NCBI GenBank assembly: GCA_965203295.1
Contig: CBDBCZ010000019.1
Span: 2,656,001-2,720,000, forward strand
DNA from: Nitrospirales bacterium
GTDB lineage: Bacteria; Nitrospirota; Nitrospiria; Nitrospirales; UBA8639
Reading direction: 5' to 3'
Length of the DNA stretch: 64,000 nt
Under the pieces are notes generated by a model. The model saw nothing but the letters and a program-made list of their open reading frames with translations. It was not told the DNA's origin and made no database searches. Shown piece by piece: positions 21,787 through 31,363 of this stretch; the first letter of the stretch is position 1; each line of letters opens with the position of its first letter. The position numbers and the translations under genes are program-made.

Positions 21787-23385
21787 CTAACCCATTTCAA
21801 GAAGACTGTGATTGGGATTACGTTCCCTGGCGAAGTTTTTAGACCAAGGTGAACGGAACAGCGCAACAGGACGGTCTCGATTGTCCTTCACAATCATGGC
21901 GTCTGAAGGAGCTTTGAACGTGTCTACATCTCCGACCAGCCACGCGCTGCATTCGAAAGACATCGGGTCTAATTTGGTTTCGACACCGTATTCATTTCGC
22001 AGGCGGTATTGGAGCACATCAAATTGGAGACGGCCAACAGCGGCGACGAAGGATTCTAAATCATTCAAACTCCGGAAGATCTGAACGGTCCCTTCGGCTG
22101 TCATTTGCATCATCCCTTTATCAAAAGCCTTTCGCTTGCCCACGTCGGTAGGATGGACACGAGCGAATTCCTCAGCTTGGAATTGCGGTAAGGGTTTAAA
22201 ATTGAAGCCATCTGTGAGAGAAATGGTGTCACCAATAGCAAACTGCCCCGTGTTGATGATGCCGATAATATCTCCGGGATATGCCACATCCACCGTGTTT
22301 CGTTCCCTTGCCGCCAAACTATGAGGGCGAGAAAGCCGCACCTCGTTTCCTCCGCGGTGGTGTTTCACAACCATATCCCGTTGAAATCGTCCAGAACACA
22401 CTCGAAGAAAAGCGGTGCTGTCCCGATGTCTGGGATTCATGTTGGCTTGAAGCTTGAACACATAGGCGCTAAAAGGAATCTCGATAGGATCGACGGTGAT
22501 CTCTTGCCCATCTGCTGAGTCTGCTTGCCGTGCGCGGGCTGAAGGGGCTAAATCCACGAAGGCGTCAAAAAAGTTTTCGATCCCAAAGTTTGTCAGAGCT
22601 GAAGCAAAAAACACAGGAGTGACTTCTCCCTGTAAGAAACCCTCACGCGAGAATGGGTTGCCAGCGACTTCTAACAACTCCAAGTCGTGTTTGACTTCAC
22701 TGAGAAGATCGTCGGCAACCAACGTTTGTAAGTCTTGGCTGTCTAAAGGGATTTCCGTCTTACTCGCTTTGGAAGCCCCGCCAGCCGCCATTTTTTTGAA
22801 AAGGGATACCTGGCGGGTGGATCGATCGACCACACCAATAAAGAGACGACCTGATCCTATAGGCCAGTTGATGGGGCTTGCATGAATGCCTAGGACTTCT
22901 TCGACCTCGGCCATCAAATCCAAAGGGGGGCGACCAGGTAAATCCATTTTGTTGATAAGGGTCAGGACCGGAATTTTCCGAAGACGGCAGACTTCAAATA
23001 ACTTCCGGGTTTGCGACTCTACACCTTTCGCGGCATCGATGACCATAATCGCACTATCGGCAGCCGTTAATGTGCGATACGTATCTTCACAAAAATCCTC
23101 GTGCCCTGGCGTATCCAACACATTGATGACGTTCTGTTTATATTCAAATTGCATTGCCGACGCTGTGATAGAAATCCCGCGTTCCTGCTCCATTTCCATC
23201 CAATCGGAGGCAGCCGTTTTGGTGCTCTTGCGGCTACTGACCATCCCTGCCGTACGGACCATACCAGAATACAAGAGGAGCTTCTCTGTGAGAGTCGTTT
23301 TTCCGGCATCAGGGTGACTGATGATCGCAAACGTCCGGCGCTTTTTGGCCGCGGCACGGATTTCATTTTTAAGATGGGTGCTCAT
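21787..23385 (-). CDS. prfC: Peptide chain release factor 3
   Basis: RRTFAIISHPDAGKTTLTEKLL, DTPGHEDF, VGRLQFDV, EYGV. Confidence 0.96.
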   Translation of the reverse strand: MSTHLKNEIRAAAKKRRTFAIISHPDAGKTTLTEKLLLYSGMVRTAGMVSSRKSTKTAASDWMEMEQERGISITASAMQFEYKQNVINVLDTPGHEDFCEDTYRTLTAADSAIMVIDAAKGVESQTRKLFEVCRLRKIPVLTLINKMDLPGRPPLDLMAEVEEVLGIHASPINWPIGSGRLFIGVVDRSTRQVSLFKKMAAGGASKASKTEIPLDSQDLQTLVADDLLSEVKHDLELLEVAGNPFSREGFLQGEVTPVFFASALTNFGIENFFDAFVDLAPSARARQADSADGQEITVDPIEIPFSAYVFKLQANMNPRHRDSTAFLRVCSGRFQRDMVVKHHRGGNEVRLSRPHSLAARERNTVDVAYPGDIIGIINTGQFAIGDTISLTDGFNFKPLPQFQAEEFARVHPTDVGKRKAFDKGMMQMTAEGTVQIFRSLNDLESFVAAVGRLQFDVLQYRLRNEYGVETKLDPMSFECSAWLVGDVDTFKAPSDAMIVKDNRDRPVALFRSPWSKNFARERNPNHSLLEMG

Positions 23386-23407
23386 GCTGATATCACATTG
23401 TTACGGG

Positions 23408-24745
23408 TTAGAGCTGGTTCAAGCGGCCTTGGGCTCGAGCCAAATTGACACGTGAGGCATTAAGGTTAAATAGACTCTTAATATGATTATCTCGAGCTTC
23501 GGCCACTGAAGCTTGAGCATTGGTGATTTCAATGTTCGTGGCGACTCCGACAGAAAATCGTTCTCTGGCAAGATTTAACTCCTTGACGGATTGCTTCAGG
23601 CCCTCCTTGGTCACCGCCACTTCTTGTTTGGCTGACTCAATGGTCAACAAGGCATCGCGGACTTCAAGCATGATCTGCAAACGAAGATCCTGCGTCCTGA
23701 TTGATTCCTGAAGAACCTTACTGCGGCTCTCTGAAATTCGTCCTTCTCGCTGCCCTCCATCAAAGATAGGGACGGATAACGCCACTTCAACATTATGAGT
23801 GGTGAACGTGTTATTCGGCTCATTGCCGGTCCGCCCAATATCTCCTTTCCCGTCAAGAGTAGGGAGTCTTTCGCTTTCCACTGAGCTGAGAGAAAGCGCG
23901 GCTAAACGTTCTCTTCTCTTTTGAGCTTTGAGTTCAACTCGTTCATCGAACGCGACTGCCAGTGCTTCCTTTGGTGTTTGGTGAGGGACTTCAACGGGTT
24001 TCAGTTCATCGGTTAACACTAACGTCACACCGAAGGGAATTCCCATGGAGCGGGTCAGATTCAATTTGGCCCGCTCTGTTTCCATTTTGGCCACGAGAAG
24101 ACGTTGCTTTTCATTTTCCAACTGAACCTTGGCACGGGTGACGTCAAGACTGGTGGCCATTCCTGCAGTTTTTCTTTCCTGTGCTAATCGAAGAAGTTGC
24201 TTGTTGAGCTTGACATCGGCTTCTCGAGCTTTAACAGCTGCTTCAAAACTGATCGCCTCCAGGTAAATAAGCGCAACGGTTGCCATGGTATCCTGCTTCG
24301 TTGTTTCAAGGTCTAGGGATGCCACTTCTATCCCTTCCCGAGACGCCTGCCAATTCTTGATCAGGCTCAAACTAAACAGATTTTGCGTGAGGAAGGCTCG
24401 TGCCCCATAAAAATCGGTGTTATCGGAAGTCCTTGGCACTCCACCGAAATTTCCTAAAAAGAATTTCCGGTTGGCTGCCGTGACATTTCCAGAAAGATGT
24501 GGCAACAAGGCACCCAGCTCTGTGAGGGACGCTGCCCGTGACTCTTTCACCTTTTCACGAAACAATTTGACTGTCGGATTCTTATCGATCGACGCTTGCA
24601 TCGCCTCACGAAGGGTCAACCTGAGCTCTGGAAGTTTAGCTAGGATCTTCTCATCAGCAGATTCAGCCAGGGCTGAATCTGTCCCTGCCGTTATCGCAAT
24701 TGCTAACGTGACGATAATCGTCACAGCATATCCCAGAGGCTTCAT
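23408..24745 (-). CDS. TolC-family outer membrane efflux protein
   Basis: Signal peptide, VPIFDGG, two OEP repeats, downstream of the RND pump. Confidence 0.88.
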   Translation of the reverse strand: MKPLGYAVTIIVTLAIAITAGTDSALAESADEKILAKLPELRLTLREAMQASIDKNPTVKLFREKVKESRAASLTELGALLPHLSGNVTAANRKFFLGNFGGVPRTSDNTDFYGARAFLTQNLFSLSLIKNWQASREGIEVASLDLETTKQDTMATVALIYLEAISFEAAVKAREADVKLNKQLLRLAQERKTAGMATSLDVTRAKVQLENEKQRLLVAKMETERAKLNLTRSMGIPFGVTLVLTDELKPVEVPHQTPKEALAVAFDERVELKAQKRRERLAALSLSSVESERLPTLDGKGDIGRTGNEPNNTFTTHNVEVALSVPIFDGGQREGRISESRSKVLQESIRTQDLRLQIMLEVRDALLTIESAKQEVAVTKEGLKQSVKELNLARERFSVGVATNIEITNAQASVAEARDNHIKSLFNLNASRVNLARAQGRLNQL

Positions 24746-24780
24746 TCTACTCTCAACTCCATCATGTCAGGAAAACACCA

Positions 24781-27700
24781 TCATACTTTGCTCATCCCAG
24801 TTTCGATGAGTTCCTCAGATATCATCTGGCCTTGTCGCTTGAGCTTGGCTTCCATCACTAAACTAAAGAGAGCAGGAACGACCAACAACGTGAACACCGT
24901 CGAAAGCACGAGTCCACCCAGAACGACACTCCCGATCCCTCGATACAGCTCTGAACCCGCGCCTGAAGACATCACCAATGGCAACAACCCAAACGTGGTG
25001 GTCAACATACTCATCAGGATCGGACGAACACGTGTCCGGACAGATTCGCTGATCGCTTGGCGAGCAGACATCGCGACGCCCCCCTCACCTGTAGGAGAGA
25101 GGGAGGTTCCACGCCGATCCGGATTCATGAAATTCAACGCTTGGTGTACCACCAAAATGGCATTGTTGACGACAACTCCGATTAAGATGATGAAGCCCAG
25201 CATCGTCAGCACATCGAGTGCTTGGTGCGTCACGAAGGCATTCACGAGGAACAGGCCGACAAAACCTCCAGCTGCGGCCAGAGGAACGCTGAAAATGATG
25301 ACAAATGGATAAAGAAAACTTTCAAACAGGGCAGACATGAGGAGATACGTAATGAGCAGTGCGAGGAGAAAATTCCATTTTAACGCATTATAGGTTTGGG
25401 TCAGGTCATCGGCTGTACCGGAGAGGCGGATATTGTACAACCTTCCAAAGTTGCCACTCTGCTTGATGGGAAGAATGACCTGATTGTTAATAAGATCCAT
25501 CGCAGTTTCTAACGGCATTTGGCCTGGTGGGATGACCTGAATCGTAATGGCCCGTTCTCGTTCAATATGATTAATTTGTTCAGGACCCGAAACGAGGCGA
25601 ATATCGGCAATGTCCCCAACGGTGGTCAGTTGGCCGCCACGCGTATATATGGGTATAGAAGAAAGATCCTGCGTACGAGTGGCATATTGATCTTCTCCCC
25701 GAACCGTTAGATCAATTTCATCTCCTTCAAACTGATAATCACTGGCTTTGGCCCCATCGACCAAAGCATCAATGGTCAATCCCAGCTCACGATTCGTCAT
25801 TCGGACATCTGCTGCCCGATCACGTTTCACAGCCACGCGAAGCTCAGGACTCCCTAAATCCAGGCTAGGCTTTGGCCGTACCTGAGCTGTGGGCATGATG
25901 CCCTTGACTTGCCCAAAAATTCGCCCACCAAGGGCCACTAAGGATTCAAGCTCCGGTCCCGTAATCTCGATATCGATATTTCGGCCTTCACCGAGGCCAC
26001 GCTGGAATAAACTACTTTGTGTCACGATACTGATGACACCTGGAAGATCAGCGGTGGCTTTCTGGAATAGCGGGATTAATTCTTTAATCCGTGCATCATC
26101 ATTGGTACGCCCACCTATAAACACGGATCGACCTCGAGCCACATAAAAGAAGTTGAGAATACTCGGTCCATCTAAAGCGGCTTCTTGGGAGGTTCCCGGC
26201 TTGGCTTCCCAGTACGTTCTCAGCACACTTTCAATTTTTTCCCCCATCCTGATGAATTCATCTGTGTTGTAACCAGGAGGAGGAAGGACAATACCGATAA
26301 TGAGATTTCGGTTTCCTTCAGGAAGATATTCGGCTTTGGGCAGAAGCATCCACGTCGTGCCAATGGCCAAAGCCGTTAATCCCACCACAATTCCGACACG
26401 CCACATCCTGCTTCCACAGAGGTGATAGATCAATGCACTGAACTTCTCAGATGTGAATCCGAGGCGACTGACCAAACTGTGCACACGAGTCACCCGTGAT
26501 TGCAGACTTCCTTGTTGGGATTTATTTTGATGGGTGCCCTGTGAGTCGGCTTTGGCCGTCGTCAAAATTCGTGCAGAGAGGCTAGGAATGACCGTCATCG
26601 AGACCACAAGGCTCAACCCCACTCCTGAACTGATGGCAATGGCGATATCTCGAAACAACTGACCGGCTTGTTCTTCGATGAAGACGATGGGGACAAAGAC
26701 GGCAATCGTCGTCAATGTGCTGGCTACAATCGCACCCCACACTTCACGGGTCCCTTCAAAAGCCGCTTGAGAGAGCGGCATACCCGCTTCTCGATGACGG
26801 TAAATGTTTTCCAAGACCACAATGGAGTTGTCGACGAGCATCCCGGCCGCGAAGGTCATTCCCGCCAGGCTAATCACATTCATGTTTCGGTTCAGAAACC
26901 ATAGCGTAATAAACGTACCCATAATGCTGATGGGAATCGCCAATCCAATGACTAAGGTCGTACTTCCGGAGCGAAGAAAAAGATACAGAACTGCGATGGC
27001 CAGGATACTTCCAATGACGAGGTTTTGCTGAACGAGCGAAAGAGAACTGTACACATAATCGGTTTCATCGTAGACCTGAAACAGTTTGAATCCTTGGTGA
27101 ACTAACACATCTTTATTCAACGCATCGACGGCATCCCGAAGCCCTTCCATAGTCGTAAGGATATTGGCCCCCGTTTCTCGGATGGCATTGACCGCGATAG
27201 AAGGTCGGCCCATTTCCCGGACGACATGTTGAGGATCTTTGTAGTCAAATCGGGCGGTCGCAACATCCCGCACATAAACAGGGACTCCATCTCTCCTGGC
27301 GATAATGACGTTTTCCACGTCTTGCGGGCTTTGGTATTCGCCCACGGTTCGAACGACATACGTCCGCTTGCCCTCATCAAAATCACCTGCGCTGTAGTCT
27401 CGGTTTTCCTCATCCAAAGCTCGAGTCAGATCCATCATCGTGAGAGCGCGAGTGGCCAGTTTGGCAGGATCGACGATGACTCGGACTTCTCGTTCCCGGC
27501 CTCCATAGACATTGGAAGCCGCAACACCTGAAACTCGTTCAAGGCGAGCTTTGATCACGTCCTCGGCAAAGTCTCTCATGGTTTCAATGTCAACGGGATT
27601 GCCCTCTAGCGCTTCAAAAATAAACCACCCCATAGCTGAACCCCGTGTGTAAGAACTGCTAATCACGGGTTCGTCAGCTTCCGTGGGGTATTCTTTCACC

Positions 27701-28041
27701 TGATTGAGTCGGTTGGAAACTCGAAGCAGGGTCGTATCATTGTTCGTTCCGGCTGGAAAACGGAGGATAATTTTTCCAGAATCGTAGGAGCTCTCGCCGA
27801 ACATTTTTTCCAAACCCTCGACCCCTTTCAGCTGTTCTTCTTGTTCATCAATGATCTCCCGTTCCACTTCACGAGGGCTCCCACCTTGCCATCTTGTATC
27901 GACCGTGATCTCCGGTTTGGAGGCGTCCGGCGTCAATTGAATGGGAAGCCGGACTAACGACACGATACCGAAGAGAACAACAATGATGACCCCTACCGTT
28001 GTGGTCACTGGATATCGTATGGCAAATTGGATGATATTCAT
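24781..28041 (-). CDS. AcrB/AcrD/AcrF family RND efflux permease
   Basis: 1086 aa; GMLVDNSIVVLENI, VVNNAIL, RVRPILM. Confidence 0.95.
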   Translation of the reverse strand: MNIIQFAIRYPVTTTVGVIIVVLFGIVSLVRLPIQLTPDASKPEITVDTRWQGGSPREVEREIIDEQEEQLKGVEGLEKMFGESSYDSGKIILRFPAGTNNDTTLLRVSNRLNQVKEYPTEADEPVISSSYTRGSAMGWFIFEALEGNPVDIETMRDFAEDVIKARLERVSGVAASNVYGGREREVRVIVDPAKLATRALTMMDLTRALDEENRDYSAGDFDEGKRTYVVRTVGEYQSPQDVENVIIARRDGVPVYVRDVATARFDYKDPQHVVREMGRPSIAVNAIRETGANILTTMEGLRDAVDALNKDVLVHQGFKLFQVYDETDYVYSSLSLVQQNLVIGSILAIAVLYLFLRSGSTTLVIGLAIPISIMGTFITLWFLNRNMNVISLAGMTFAAGMLVDNSIVVLENIYRHREAGMPLSQAAFEGTREVWGAIVASTLTTIAVFVPIVFIEEQAGQLFRDIAIAISSGVGLSLVVSMTVIPSLSARILTTAKADSQGTHQNKSQQGSLQSRVTRVHSLVSRLGFTSEKFSALIYHLCGSRMWRVGIVVGLTALAIGTTWMLLPKAEYLPEGNRNLIIGIVLPPPGYNTDEFIRMGEKIESVLRTYWEAKPGTSQEAALDGPSILNFFYVARGRSVFIGGRTNDDARIKELIPLFQKATADLPGVISIVTQSSLFQRGLGEGRNIDIEITGPELESLVALGGRIFGQVKGIMPTAQVRPKPSLDLGSPELRVAVKRDRAADVRMTNRELGLTIDALVDGAKASDYQFEGDEIDLTVRGEDQYATRTQDLSSIPIYTRGGQLTTVGDIADIRLVSGPEQINHIERERAITIQVIPPGQMPLETAMDLINNQVILPIKQSGNFGRLYNIRLSGTADDLTQTYNALKWNFLLALLITYLLMSALFESFLYPFVIIFSVPLAAAGGFVGLFLVNAFVTHQALDVLTMLGFIILIGVVVNNAILVVHQALNFMNPDRRGTSLSPTGEGGVAMSARQAISESVRTRVRPILMSMLTTTFGLLPLVMSSGAGSELYRGIGSVVLGGLVLSTVFTLLVVPALFSLVMEAKLKRQGQMISEELIETGMSKV

Positions 28042-29261
28042 GATGGGGTTGATTCTTCCAGGATTCTCACAGCCTGACCTGGTAAAAGGCGTTCGTTCCC
28101 CTGGACCACAACGGCCATCCCTGCCTCGATCTCACCCGTGACTTCGACCCACTCATCTAAATGAACCTTTGACGTCACAGGCACTTGTCCAACGGTACCC
28201 TCGTGAACCAAAAAGACAAACTCTTTCCCGCCGCGGAGAACCAAGGCGTCTTTGGGGACAACGACCCCTTCGTAAGACTGCCCAACCGTCAAGATCACCC
28301 GAGCAACCATGCCACTTTTCATTGACAGGTCGGGATTAGCTATTTCGACTTTGACAGGAAAAGTCCGGGCAACCCGGTCTGCCTGCGCAACCACGGAAAA
28401 CACCCATCCTTTGGCCTGAAAATCGGGAAGACCGTCAAAAACTGCCGAAACGTGATCGCCGACCCTGATGTCCCGAACAAATCGCTCTGGAAGTGGAACC
28501 TCAACTTGCAGGCGTGATAGATCAACTATTTCTATGACAGCCCCACCTGCTTGGACCCATTGCCCCACTTCCGTGAATTCTTTGGTCACCCACCCATTGA
28601 AAGGTGCCACGATTTGTGATTTGGTTAATCGGTCTTCAACTTCCCGAATTTTTGCATCCAGTTGAGTGACCCGCGCGCGTAGGGCCGCGTCCTGGGCTAT
28701 GGCATCGTCATGTTCCTTTTTTGTGACCAGCTCCTTTTCAAAGAGAACATGAACTCGGTTTAAGTCTAGTTGTGCTTGTTGATAGCGAGTTCTGGCCTCA
28801 TGAAGCGTAGCTTTAGCAGAGTCTAACAGAATCTGCTGTGTGTCGGTTCTCAGTCTCGCTAAGACTTGACCCTTTTTGACCTTCATACCTTCTTCTGCCA
28901 GAAATTGAGTGACGAGTCCCGCAATCTCGCTGGCCACGGTACTGCGTTTCCAAGGTTCGACCGTGCCGACTAAACCCACGGATCGCTGGATGTCCTGGGT
29001 CTTTACGCTCACCACCCGCACTGGGGAAGGCGGTCGTCCTTTTGGGGGAGAAGCGGCTTGTTGCTCACCACAAGCTGGGAGAACGAGAACAAAGAGGGTA
29101 CAAAGAATACGCTTCAACATGTGAGCATGACATTGAGAAGTAGGTAAACGTCTCATTGACTGTCGGTGATTCAACGGCGAGTATTCCTCCCCCTGGTCTT
29201 TCATCGTCAGGGACGGGATCATGATATTTATTCGATGTTGTGAGGATGGCCGGCTTTTCAA
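28038..29261 (-). CDS. RND efflux periplasmic adaptor (MFP); true start may be further downstream
   Basis: Lipobox-like LPAC, VKKGQVLARL, IVAPFNG, VVPKDAL. Confidence 0.9.
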   Translation of the reverse strand: MKSRPSSQHRINIMIPSLTMKDQGEEYSPLNHRQSMRRLPTSQCHAHMLKRILCTLFVLVLPACGEQQAASPPKGRPPSPVRVVSVKTQDIQRSVGLVGTVEPWKRSTVASEIAGLVTQFLAEEGMKVKKGQVLARLRTDTQQILLDSAKATLHEARTRYQQAQLDLNRVHVLFEKELVTKKEHDDAIAQDAALRARVTQLDAKIREVEDRLTKSQIVAPFNGWVTKEFTEVGQWVQAGGAVIEIVDLSRLQVEVPLPERFVRDIRVGDHVSAVFDGLPDFQAKGWVFSVVAQADRVARTFPVKVEIANPDLSMKSGMVARVILTVGQSYEGVVVPKDALVLRGGKEFVFLVHEGTVGQVPVTSKVHLDEWVEVTGEIEAGMAVVVQGNERLLPGQAVRILEESTPS

Positions 29262-29831
29262 TTTTTCCCAATCCCATTTAAAAAAATGGTTTGTATGAGC
29301 TCTCCCTTATCCAACAGTGATCCAGTCGGATTAGCTTGGAGAATCCAGACATACAATGGTGGAGTTCAACATTCCGTGGAGAGCGAAAGCGGCATCCTTT
29401 GGATCGACAAGCCGAAACTCTCCCTTTTGAATATCTGCCCGAATGAGTTCGGCCACGAGGTCAACCTGGTTCATGTAGAGTTTCCATTCGGAAACATAAA
29501 TTCGAAAAAAGTCTCGGTTCCGATCGGCATACGACAGTTTCACTCGGATTAATGCCGTGATCTTATCGGTGGCTGAATGAGCAGCAGAGATCTCTCTTTC
29601 CAGAGTTTCGGAAAGCTCCTCAACTTTGGCTTCAACCAACGAGATATAAATTTCTTCCTTACTCTTGAAAAACCGATACACGGTCCCCATAGCAAATTGA
29701 GCATTATGGGCGATTTCTGCCATGCTGGTTTTAAAAAACCCGTGCTTAGAGAAAAGGCATTCTGCGGCACCTAGAATTTCTTGGCGTCTGGCTTCATATT
29801 CACGCTGTTTTCGCTGTGAGCGTGGGTCCAT
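29258..29831 (-). pseudogene. TetR/AcrR regulator with a frameshift near 29355
   Basis: HTH GFFKTSMAEIA...GTVYRFFKSKEE. The C-terminus YVWILQANPTGSLLDKGELIQTIFLNGIGKN* lies in a shifted frame and ends at the MFP start. Confidence 0.75.
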
Positions 29832-30027
29832 GATTGAGAATTCCCTATGCTATGAATATATATTCTATTTTACGATGTGCCATTCTACAAGGTGGAATAA
29901 ACATTCTTTATTAGACCAGTCCTAGCGATCTTGAAAATTCTTTCTAAGTGTTCAAAATTTAAGGTGTTTTTCGAAGGAAGGGAGAACAGAAGCCTGTATA
30001 CCCAAGGCTATCATTTCAAAGAGGAAT

Positions 30028-30651
30028 TTAGGTCTGTGATCCGTTGTTGACTCCACCCGACACTCCACCCGACACCAAAAAGGCCATGACTTCTGAACTT
30101 TCCATATCGAGAGGCCTAACCTGATCACGAGGAAATATGAGAAGATTCCCAGCAAAATTGTAAGATTGGGGAAAATACACAGCCACATGATCCCCGATGT
30201 CAAACATCTCCAAACTTTTGCGCGTGACAAACCCAATGGCTTTAGCATGACCATGAGGTGTCAATGTGACAATAACCGGCTGATCAAACCGTTTCTTTTC
30301 ACCCATAAAGGCTTCAATGAGATCTTTTATAGAAGTATAAACCAGTTTCACGAAGGGGGTCCGTGTCAGAACTCTTTCGAGGGACCCCATGGCGCCCTGA
30401 AAAAAAACATTAGAAGCTAAGCGTCCAGCCAAAATGATCATCCCTACCGTAACGATGAATCCCACGCCTGGAATAGGAATATTTAACCATCCGTCTATAA
30501 CCTCAAAGACAAAAATCACAACGTAAATAGAAGCCCCCACTGGAACGAGAATGAACAGTCCCTCCAAAAAGTTTCTGACCAACGCGTTCATGTTGAGATT
30601 CCGAGAGTTCGCATACTCTCGGAATCTGGTGAAAGGGGCCTTGAAATCCAT
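30028..30651 (-). CDS. DUF502 domain membrane protein
   Basis: N-terminal TMs, PFVKLVYTSIKD, AIGFVT, FLVSGG. Confidence 0.85.
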   Translation of the reverse strand: MDFKAPFTRFREYANSRNLNMNALVRNFLEGLFILVPVGASIYVVIFVFEVIDGWLNIPIPGVGFIVTVGMIILAGRLASNVFFQGAMGSLERVLTRTPFVKLVYTSIKDLIEAFMGEKKRFDQPVIVTLTPHGHAKAIGFVTRKSLEMFDIGDHVAVYFPQSYNFAGNLLIFPRDQVRPLDMESSEVMAFLVSGGVSGGVNNGSQT

Positions 30652-30896
30652 GGGCGTTTCCTATCTATTCATCATGGCGTGGATGTCAACAAGACCAAGG
30701 ACTATGAATATCTAGTGAAAGAAGGACCATAGCTTGACTCTAACTGAGAATCGGACCTGAGACAAGCCCGGTTCACACAGCCTGACAGGGGCGAAGGAAG
30801 AGCGCGGAAAGGCCGAACGGGATCAGAGTTTACAACCACGCAAAGGGTTAGGGTAGAATACTCATATACGGGTTCATGGCATAAAGGAGAAAGTCT

Positions 30897-31145
30897 ATGG
30901 CAACAAAGACCCCTTCCACGCGGGGACAAACCAAGCCGGAAACAGAGTTGTTAAATGTCATCGTAGAACGGAATGGACAACAGGTGATTACGAAATGGGG
31001 GCTTCATCCTTCTTTAAAAGAAGAACTCCTCCCCGAAGAGTGGAAAGAACTGACGGCAGTCATGGAAAAGGTCACAGCCATCGTTGGCCATCGTTTCTCC
31101 GAAGTGCTCACCCAAACTGAAAAGGATCGCTCTGGGACTGCTTAA
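30897..31145 (+). CDS. Small hypothetical protein
   Basis: 82-aa ORF with an AAGGAG ribosome-binding site. Confidence 0.65.
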   Translation: MATKTPSTRGQTKPETELLNVIVERNGQQVITKWGLHPSLKEELLPEEWKELTAVMEKVTAIVGHRFSEVLTQTEKDRSGTA

Positions 31146-31212
31146 AATTGCACACAAGCGAACTTTCACCTAGCTATTGAGAACATTCTCCAAAGACAAA
31201 CATCCGAACATG

Positions 31213-31294
31213 AATTGGGGTCAGACTCGATTTCTTGGCATACCTTTATCAGATCTTGCCTGAGAGTGGAAGAAAATCGAGTCTGACCCCAATT
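31213..31294. repeat. 21-bp perfect inverted repeat (REP/MITE-like) with a 40-bp spacer
   Basis: AATTGGGGTCAGACTCGATTT ... AAATCGAGTCTGACCCCAATT, between convergent genes. Confidence 0.8.
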
Positions 31295-31363
31295 TCAGAT
31301 TTCAATTGAACTCCCACATTCATTTGGCACAGTTCGTCATCTGAAATCCAAGTTTTTCACAGA

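Noticed and set aside
24764..25312. 182-aa antisense ORF and similar shadows (46978-47580, 43433-43894, 22886-23317)
   Set aside because: They are antisense shadows of well-supported genes.
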